Part shown: one piece after another, positions 1 through 5,751 of the stretch
Layout of the letters: each line of letters opens with the position of its first letter
Position numbering within the stretch: position 1 is the first letter of the stretch
Source: a virus
Virus record (IMG/VR): IMGVR_UViG_3300027863_000015
Reading direction: 5' to 3' (one strand)
DNA: 15,696 bases
Translations under genes and position numbers: made by a program
Notes under the pieces: generated by a model
The model's database searches: none
Seen by the model: the letters and a program-made list of their open reading frames with translations, nothing else
What the model was told of the DNA's origin: nothing

Positions 1-1
1 A

Positions 2-21
2 GGTGGGATATAAGTGGGATA
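2..21 (+). promoter_or_regulatory. Pair of GTGGGATA motifs inside the left repeat
   Basis: GGTGGGATA at 2-10 and AGTGGGATA at 13-21, with starts 11 bp apart. Confidence 0.5.
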
Positions 22-35
22 AAATCTCAACTTCC

Positions 36-66
36 AAATAAAAAAGGGCCAGCATCTCAGCTAACC
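36..66 (-). terminator. Rho-independent terminator downstream of the tRNA fragment, inside the repeat
   Basis: The minus-strand RNA reads GGGUUAGC-UGAGAU-GCUGGCCC, an 8-bp stem with two G:U pairs. UUUUUAUUU follows it. Confidence 0.6.
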
Positions 67-78
67 CCTTGAAATTCC

Positions 79-127
79 TGGTCGGGACGAGAGGATTTGA
101 ACCTCCGACCCCCTGAACCCCATTCAG
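79..127 (-). pseudogene. Duplicated 3' fragment of tRNA-Pro(GGG), not a complete gene
   Basis: It has the same 49 nt as 15648-15696. The sequence after 127 (tttattttatgatttc...) gives an A27:G43 mismatch, with no D-arm and no CGGGACG acceptor 5' strand. The tRNA therefore ends at the repeat boundary here. Confidence 0.8.
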
Positions 128-192
128 TTTATTTTATGATTTCAAAGGTTTTCCCCTCTTCTCCCAAATTTTCCTAAAAGCCTAAATATTGC

Positions 193-221
193 TTGACAAT
201 CAAATGGTTATTTGGAATAAT
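193..221 (+). promoter_or_regulatory. Sigma-70-like promoter for int
   Basis: TTGACA at 193-198, a 17-bp spacer, then AATAAT at 216-221. The -35 is part of the 9-mer TGCTTGACA, which recurs at two other operon starts. Confidence 0.55.
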
Positions 222-276
222 CTTACCTGAAAACAGGGTCTGATTGCAAAACTTCCCCTGAGAAATCCCGCGAAAA

Positions 277-356
277 GGTGGGACAAAAGTGGGACAGGAC
301 AGACCAACGGATTCCAAAAGGATCATTTCCCAGGTGGGACAAATGGAGGTGGGATA
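277..356 (+). promoter_or_regulatory. Array of four RGTGGGAYA motifs in the int leader, candidate arm-type Int or Xis binding sites
   Basis: GGTGGGACA 277-285, AGTGGGACA 288-296, GGTGGGACA 333-341, GGTGGGATA 348-356. All lie between the int promoter and the int start codon. Confidence 0.5.
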
Positions 357-358
357 AA

Positions 359-1576
359 ATGGCCAAATGGAAAAGCGCCGGTAAAGGGGTCAGGTTTCGG
401 GAGCATGAAACCCGGAAATACAAGGGTCAGCCTGACAAATATTTCACCATCCGCTATAAGGTTGACGGGAAGCTGGTGGAAGAGGGTCTGGGTTGGAGTT
501 CTGAGGGTTGGAACTTAACCAAGGCAGTGACAGAGCGGGAGAAACTCAGACAGGGCCACAGGACAGGTGAAGGCCCCGCTACCCTAAAAGAGAAAAGGGA
601 ACTGGCCCAAGAGAAACGCCAGGTGAAAGAAGCCGAAAAGGAGCGCCTTCGCCGGGAGTCCTTGACCATCGGGGAATTTTTTGAAGGGCGTTATCTCCCT
701 TGGGCCAAAGAGCATAAGAAAACCTGGGATGATGATTTCCTGCATTTCCACAAACACCTAAAGCCCCGTTTTGGCGAGAAGACTTTTGATGCTATCTCCC
801 CCTTTGATGTTGAGAAAATGAAATTGGAATTGAAAAAAGGCACAAGCAAGCAGGGTAAGCCTTACTCCCAGGCCACTATTAAGCATCAACTTGTCTTGCT
901 CAATCGGATTTATAATCTGGCCAAAAGGTGGGGAGTGTATGAAGGCGCAAACCCCATGGACCGGGTAGAGGTCCCCAAGCTGGATAACAAAATAACAGAG
1001 TATTTTGCCGAAGAGGAATTAGTCCGGCTCATGGAAACCCTGGATAAGTGGCACAACCGGGATAGCGTGGCGTTTGTCAAATTCGCGCTGTTCACCGGCC
1101 TAAGACGGGGTGAACTCTTCAAGCTAACCTGGGATGATGTAGATTTAGAGCGGGGTATGGTGACACTCAGGGAACCCAAAGGGAAGAAGACACAGACCCT
1201 TTTCATCAGCCCCCAGGCTATTGAAATTTTGCAAGAGCTTGATAGGTCCTCCCCCTTTGTTTTTCCGGGGAAGGGAGGCAAGCAAAGAACCGACTTCAAA
1301 GGCCCTTGGCTTAGAATCCGCAAGGCCGCAGGGTTGCCGGAGAATTTTCGCTTCCATGGCTTGCGGCATAATTTCGCTTCTCGCTTGGTAAGCAACGGGG
1401 TTGACCTGCTGGTAGTTAAGGAACTCCTTACCCACAAGGACTTCAAGACGACTCAGAGATACGCCCACCTATCGCCGGGGGCCTTGAAGGAAGCGGCCCT
1501 GAATAGCGGGGAACTTCTCAAGCCCAAGGTCAAAGAAGAAGCGATGGCGGAAAATGGGGGGATGGTTCGAAAATGA
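359..1576 (+). CDS. int: Tyrosine recombinase / phage integrase
   Basis: The C-terminal catalytic signature is HGLRHNFASRL...THKDFKTTQRYAHL (R, H-x-x-R, Y). The N-terminal GVRFRE...YFTIRYKVDGK resembles an arm-binding beta domain. I prefer ATG 359 because GGAGG at 345-349 lies 9 nt upstream. The track start at 278 merely translates the motif array. Confidence 0.9.
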   Translation: MAKWKSAGKGVRFREHETRKYKGQPDKYFTIRYKVDGKLVEEGLGWSSEGWNLTKAVTEREKLRQGHRTGEGPATLKEKRELAQEKRQVKEAEKERLRRESLTIGEFFEGRYLPWAKEHKKTWDDDFLHFHKHLKPRFGEKTFDAISPFDVEKMKLELKKGTSKQGKPYSQATIKHQLVLLNRIYNLAKRWGVYEGANPMDRVEVPKLDNKITEYFAEEELVRLMETLDKWHNRDSVAFVKFALFTGLRRGELFKLTWDDVDLERGMVTLREPKGKKTQTLFISPQAIEILQELDRSSPFVFPGKGGKQRTDFKGPWLRIRKAAGLPENFRFHGLRHNFASRLVSNGVDLLVVKELLTHKDFKTTQRYAHLSPGALKEAALNSGELLKPKVKEEAMAENGGMVRK

Positions 1577-1857
1577 AACCTAAGAACCTGACTGCTATAC
1601 TGCTACTCTGCGTTAACCTTTTCGGGTGTGCGACCGGCCCCACGGTTCACCGGGCCGGAAAGTACATGTGGGTGGAAGGCGTACCCGGCATGTATACCGA
1701 CGCGGGGGAACTGCAAGCCGCCGCCTCTGACTACTGGACAGAGGCCGAAGCTGGGAAATTTGGCGGTCCCCCGGTAGTGTGGGCGTGGTCCCCGCCAGGA
1801 ATGGCGGTGCAGGGGGCGATAACGAACGCGATCAACGCCTCAAAGTGCGGGCGATGA
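1573..1857 (+). CDS. Small putative lipoprotein (94 aa)
   Basis: The signal peptide MKPKNLTAILLLCVNLFGC has a lipobox-like LFGC. Its ATG overlaps the int stop (ATGA at 1573-1576), so the two genes are translationally coupled. Confidence 0.6.
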   Translation: MKPKNLTAILLLCVNLFGCATGPTVHRAGKYMWVEGVPGMYTDAGELQAAASDYWTEAEAGKFGGPPVVWAWSPPGMAVQGAITNAINASKCGR

Positions 1858-1889
1858 TCCCCTAACCCCCCGCCCCCTGGAATTTTATG

Positions 1890-1925
1890 GCCCGGCGTGA
1901 CCCCACGTCCGGGCTAAATTTTTTT
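1890..1925 (+). terminator. Rho-independent terminator ending the int-lipoprotein operon
   Basis: GCCCGGCGTG (1890-1899), ACCC loop, CACGTCCGGGC (1904-1914). That is a 10-bp stem with one bulged T, followed by TAAATTTTTTT. Confidence 0.7.
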
Positions 1926-2139
1926 GAGGGAACGTATTGCAGGGGAATATGTATCTTAGAGAATGAATTTGATAGCTTGACCGCTATCGGGCGATTTTTA
2001 TAGCCATCTATAAGTAATGAATCTGCCATTACTTTATGGACGCATCACAAGTAACATTTTTCGTCAAGTAGTGATCCAGGTAATACGTACCTTGATTGGT
2101 AGAAAAACAGAAGCAGCATCGAAAGTCCAAAATTAGTGC

Positions 2140-2180
2140 TTGACAAAGTAGTTGGGTGGTGTTTAAAGTTAATCTATAAA
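2140..2180 (+). promoter_or_regulatory. Early promoter region
   Basis: TTGACA at 2140-2145 (within TGCTTGACA), with TAAAGT 18 bp downstream. An overlapping alternative is TTGGGT at 2152-2157, a 17-bp spacer, then TATAAA at 2175-2180. Confidence 0.45.
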
Positions 2181-2205
2181 ATTAACTAAATAAGGGGGTC
2201 CAAAA

Positions 2206-2532
2206 ATGCCATGGAATAGCACTGATAGAGTAGTACGGATCAATGGGAGACCATTGAAGAAAAAGGAGAAGGAACGTGCACTAACCAAAGCTGAAAAAGC
2301 TTTTTCATATGGCTTTGTGTTCGGTTACAACGTTATGGCTGACTTGGCGTTTGCAACGGTACCCGTACCGGGTGTTGATATCAACCCCTACATCCACGAG
2401 TTCCACCCCAAGATCGAAGAACTCTTCGAACAATATGATTATTCCGGATCAATAACGGAGTTGGAGTTTATTGAGAGACTCGTCAACCTCTATAAGGAGT
2501 ATGAAAATGCCCAGGAAGCCCACAATCAATGA
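2206..2532 (+). CDS. Hypothetical protein (108 aa), no recognisable motif
   Basis: ATG preceded by AAGGGGG with a 7-nt spacing. It lies in an AT-rich segment and overlaps the next gene by 26 nt. Confidence 0.5.
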   Translation: MPWNSTDRVVRINGRPLKKKEKERALTKAEKAFSYGFVFGYNVMADLAFATVPVPGVDINPYIHEFHPKIEELFEQYDYSGSITELEFIERLVNLYKEYENAQEAHNQ

Positions 2533-2728
2533 AATTTTGGAGAAGCGCTTTCTCTCCGAAACCGATCTTGAACGGCTTGGCCTTCGGTCCCGGAAGACCA
2601 GTCAAAATTTAAGGAGCAGGGGAGTTGACCCCCTGCCCTATGTCAAAGTCGGAAGCTCGGTCAGGTATCCGGCGGACGCGGTCCGGGCCTACTGCGAGAA
2701 GCGTACAGTCGAACCCCAGGCCGAATAG
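2507..2728 (+). CDS. AlpA/Xis-family helix-turn-helix protein (excisionase and/or transcriptional activator)
   Basis: LSETDLERLGLRSRKTSQNLRSRGVDPLPYVKVGSSVRYPADAVRAY fits the MerR-like excisionase-type HTH pattern from memory. I prefer ATG 2507 because AAGGAG at 2494-2499 lies 7 nt upstream. Confidence 0.65.
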   Translation: MPRKPTINEILEKRFLSETDLERLGLRSRKTSQNLRSRGVDPLPYVKVGSSVRYPADAVRAYCEKRTVEPQAE

Positions 2729-2836
2729 ATAGAGTGGTAGTTCGGAAGTTTGGAACAGGTCCCCCCTGTAATTCCAGCCCGCGCACCCTCTCCACCATAG
2801 ACCAAAATGAAGGTTTTGCATGGAGGAAATAACCTC

Positions 2837-4084
2837 ATGAGTAGAGGTGCGCCAGAGGAACGCCCTCGTTATCTTAAAGAGTTCTTAAAGTGGGCGGCAA
2901 AGTTCGATGATCTTTGCTCAGGCGATAGGCTGGTGCTATGCGCGCTCTTCGGGTATCTGGGTAAGAATGATTCTTGCTGGCCGACACAGAAAATGCTTGC
3001 CGAACACACCGGCCTTTGCACAAAACAGGTTAAAAGGATTTTGGGAAAACTTGCCAGTAAGAAAATTATCAAGTGCACGAAGAGAAACCGCGGCAAAAAC
3101 ACCAATGAATATCAATTCGTTTTTGAACAATCTGGCCAAACCAAAGGGGACATAGATGTCCCTTTCAAAGGGGACGCGGATGTCCCCTCTAAAGGGACAC
3201 AGGTGTCCCCTGCAAAGGGGACATCCAGGGTCAGTAAAACCCCGGAGATGCAGGCCAGCCGTAGGCCAGCGGGTGCGGAATATATCAAGAATAGATCAAA
3301 GAATAAGTCAGTCAATCAGTCAGGGACGGACGGACTGACAGACGAAAAAACTTCAGATAAAAAACCAGCATCGGAAGAAGTTGTTTCCCTGTCCTGGGAT
3401 GATTCTAATTCATCTCTGGGAGAAGAAGTTAATGATGTTTTCGCCCCGCGGCCTGGCGCGCCGCCGCGCCTCGCCCCTGAACAGATTAACGCCCTTTTCG
3501 GCGGGCCGGGTCCCCGGCCTGTAAATCTTCTGAACTGTCCTGTAGGGGATTTTGCCCTTCGTGATCTTACTTCCCCTTTTAAGAAAGGGCCGGGAGTCAT
3601 AGAAATCCTTGGCTTCGATCCTGACACCCCACAGGCTCAATGGTTTGAAGACGCGCTAAAGGAATTTTACAGAGAAGTTATCAACCGGCATTGGAACCCA
3701 AACGCAGATCATCCGCCCGGCGCGCCGTTCCGCCGCCTTTTCTACCGGGCCGGGCGATCCGGCCTGCTTTATGAGTTCGGTTTCCGGCCCCTCAGCCCTG
3801 AGCAACAGGAAGCGCAACAGCGCGAAGCAGAGCGCCAGGAAGAAGAAGCGGCTGAAGCCGCCCGGCTTAGGGAAGAAGAACGCCGCCGACTGGCCGAAAA
3901 AGAAGCCGAGTACAAGGCGTTCATCAAACGGCGCGTTGTCCAAAATTATCTATCGTGCATGGGAATCCCGCCAAGGGACTATAAGAACCATCTCCGCGAG
4001 ATTGCGGCCCGGCTCAATGGACGGGCTACGCTTAACGCGGTTGAACAGTTCATGCGGGCGAAGCTGCAAAATGAGGGTCACTAA
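2837..4084 (+). CDS. Replication initiator-like protein with N-terminal winged-helix/HTH and C-terminal Glu/Arg-rich coiled coil
   Basis: The N-terminus DRLVLCALFGYLGKNDSCWPTQKMLAEHTGLCTKQVKRILGKLASKKII matches the CWPS-type HTH of plasmid and phage Rep proteins (HTH_36-like, from memory). The gene contains an iteron array. ATG 2837 has GGAGG 10 nt upstream, and ATG 2807 is the alternative start. Confidence 0.6.
   Translation: MSRGAPEERPRYLKEFLKWAAKFDDLCSGDRLVLCALFGYLGKNDSCWPTQKMLAEHTGLCTKQVKRILGKLASKKIIKCTKRNRGKNTNEYQFVFEQSGQTKGDIDVPFKGDADVPSKGTQVSPAKGTSRVSKTPEMQASRRPAGAEYIKNRSKNKSVNQSGTDGLTDEKTSDKKPASEEVVSLSWDDSNSSLGEEVNDVFAPRPGAPPRLAPEQINALFGGPGPRPVNLLNCPVGDFALRDLTSPFKKGPGVIEILGFDPDTPQAQWFEDALKEFYREVINRHWNPNADHPPGAPFRRLFYRAGRSGLLYEFGFRPLSPEQQEAQQREAERQEEEAAEAARLREEERRRLAEKEAEYKAFIKRRVVQNYLSCMGIPPRDYKNHLREIAARLNGRATLNAVEQFMRAKLQNEGH
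3143..3233. repeat. Iteron array, candidate origin of replication inside the rep gene
   Basis: Units of about 24 bp start at 3143, 3167, 3191 and 3214, each AAAGGGGAC-N6-GTCCCC. Three are full dyads and the fourth is a half site. An AT-rich stretch follows at about 3280-3370. Confidence 0.6.
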
Positions 4085-4159
4085 TGCAGGGACTCATGGG
4101 AGAAATAGGGTAATACTCTGTAATCGCTTGCAAAATAACGAAAATGGAGGGTGTTGACC

Positions 4160-4807
4160 ATGCCAGTTTTCACATTCTGGAGTGCGGCGGCGATCCGAGC
4201 CTATCTCCTGGCCCGCGTGGAACCGGGGCCGGGCGGTTGTTGGCTGTGGACCCTGAGCTTAGACCGCCGGGGATATGGGTTGTGTCGCGGGATTAGCCGC
4301 AGTGAGCGGCGGGCGGCAAGGCTGAGCTATAGGGCTTTTGTGGGGCCGATCCCACCAGGCCATGACATTCACCATCTTTGTCAGAATCGTAATTGCATCA
4401 ATCCCGCCCACCTTGAGCCTATGGCCCATGGCGTTCATCTGCGGTTGCACGCCGCCACGGGTGCATGGGCGGGAGAGAAGAACTCCCAGGCGAAGCTAAC
4501 GGAAGAGGAAGCCAGGTTCATCAAGGTGGCGGGGCCGCATGTTTCGGCCCAAGCCCTGGCGGATCGTTTTGGCGTCTCCCTGAGCACGGTTTACTATGCC
4601 CGGCGGCATGGCTGGAATCATGTGGATTTGCCGGACTTCCCGCCCCGGCCCTTGGCTGAGGTCTTGCAGGCCGGGCGGGAGGCGAGTCAAAAGGCCCTGG
4701 CCGCCCTTCAGGGAGTGCAACGGGACCGGCGGGAGCGGGGAGAACCACAGCCGCCGCACATTGAGGAATATATCACCTTGGCCAGGGCGTGCGCCGGTCT
4801 TTCGTGA
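4160..4807 (+). CDS. HNH endonuclease (HNH_3-like) with C-terminal HTH
   Basis: CWLWTLSLDRRGYG...GHDIHHLCQNRNCINPAHLEPMAHGVH is the classic HNH_3 signature. The downstream SAQALADRFGVSLSTVYYARRHG is HTH-like. I prefer ATG 4160 because GGAGG at 4146-4150 lies 9 nt upstream. Confidence 0.8.
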   Translation: MPVFTFWSAAAIRAYLLARVEPGPGGCWLWTLSLDRRGYGLCRGISRSERRAARLSYRAFVGPIPPGHDIHHLCQNRNCINPAHLEPMAHGVHLRLHAATGAWAGEKNSQAKLTEEEARFIKVAGPHVSAQALADRFGVSLSTVYYARRHGWNHVDLPDFPPRPLAEVLQAGREASQKALAALQGVQRDRRERGEPQPPHIEEYITLARACAGLS

Positions 4808-5158
4808 ACATGCGGCGGGGAGGGAGGATAAACTGGGTCATAGCTGCGCACGTGGCGGGAGGGAAGAAGCCCCTGAGAACTCTACCTGACTGGCATAACT
4901 CAAGGAGAGGCCATGGAACCCTTAATGACCTGGAAACCCACGCCGCAAGCCGATGAACGGGGCCGAAGGCCACTGGCCGTGAACATATCATTAAGGGATA
5001 ATCGGCCCGAATAGAGGTGCCGACTTTTGGCCAGGGAAAAGGTCTTCTTTTCAATAGGTTATCATGCTATGCAACTGACACCTAATCAGGTGGTCTTTAT
5101 ACATAACTTCTTGTAAAAGCAAGTGGTTAATATGAGCCATAAGAAGAACTGTCAGAAT

Positions 5159-5178
5159 ATTCCCACCATTGTCCCACT
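5159..5178 (-). promoter_or_regulatory. Inverted pair of GTGGGA motifs just upstream of the late promoter -35
   Basis: The reverse complement reads AGTGGGACA-AT-GGTGGGAAT. The 11-bp phasing matches the att-arm pairs, and the pair ends 7 bp before TTGACA at 5185. Confidence 0.45.
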
Positions 5179-5181
5179 TTT

Positions 5182-5214
5182 TGCTTGACAGGATGTACAA
5201 CCATAGTGTAACTT
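5182..5214 (+). promoter_or_regulatory. Candidate promoter of the packaging/head operon
   Basis: TGCTTGACA at 5182-5190 gives a perfect -35. The -10 is poor (TAACTT at 5209-5214), which fits an activator-dependent promoter. Confidence 0.35.
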
Positions 5215-5391
5215 CGGGAACCATAACATCGGGAGTGCGGCAAGCTCAACAGGGACCCCACGCCTTTTTTCAGGGGCCTCTGTCATGACTCCGATAAGGG
5301 CGGCTCACGCCACGCCCGAAATCCCCAAACGATAAACAGCGTTTTCGTTTAACGCGTTGCAGACCATTCGCAACGGGGGTTGAGGTGCATT

Positions 5392-5751
5392 GTGAGCCGT
5401 ACCAAGTGGGACAAGCGCGATCCCGATTACTGTGACCTTGAGGGCAAGCCGATCTATGACCGGCGGGCCAGGGTCCATATCTGGACGGCCAAACTCAAGG
5501 CCGAATTCTTCTCCGCCCGCAAGCCTACCCACGCACAACGCCTGCAAATCGCCGCGGCGGTATGTCTGATTCTTGACCTATCCGCCGCCCATGAGGGCTT
5601 CAACTCCGGCAAGCCCCTACCGAAGGACTATCTCCCCAAGCTCAACGCCCTGAGAGCTATCCTGGCCGGATTCCGCCCCAAGGCCCCGAAGGGCAAGGCC
5701 GTCCCTAAAGACTCCCCAAGCCTGGCCGCGATCCTTGGGGGTGAAGCATGA
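5392..5751 (+). CDS. terS: Putative small terminase subunit, called by position only
   Basis: It lies immediately upstream of TerL and overlaps it (ATGA at 5748-5751). The frame contains no ATG. GTG 5392 has GAGGT 5 nt upstream, and the track start is TTG 5380. Confidence 0.4.
   Translation: MSRTKWDKRDPDYCDLEGKPIYDRRARVHIWTAKLKAEFFSARKPTHAQRLQIAAAVCLILDLSAAHEGFNSGKPLPKDYLPKLNALRAILAGFRPKAPKGKAVPKDSPSLAAILGGEA

Larger units (their letters stand above)
1..127. repeat. Left att direct repeat (attL/attR depending on convention)
   Basis: 1-127 matches 15570-15696 base for base by eye. The left edge is the window edge, so identity may extend further left. Confidence 0.9.

Noticed and set aside
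278-358. N-terminal extension of the integrase ORF (MGQKWDRTDQ...RWDKWRWDK)
   Set aside because: The WDK/WDR repeats are just the GTGGGAC(A) DNA motif array translated. A GGAGG RBS sits 9 nt before ATG 359, so the extension is most likely untranslated leader.
3143-3233. Possible CRISPR-like or tandem-repeat array
   Set aside because: The units abut one another with no spacers. Each is internally dyad-symmetric and all lie in frame within a replication gene, so this is an iteron-type origin and not a CRISPR array.
2907-4157. Multiple alternative-frame ORFs (60-128 aa, both strands) overlapping the rep gene
   Set aside because: All are nested in the 416/425-aa Rep frame, which has the recognisable wHTH. 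The alternatives lack RBSs and have biased composition.
4773-5054. 93-aa minus-strand ORF in the HNH-terS gap
   Set aside because: It has an Arg/Pro/Trp-rich junk-like sequence and no RBS, and it overlaps the HNH 3' end. I treat the region as non-coding apart from a possible 33-codon plus-strand ORF.
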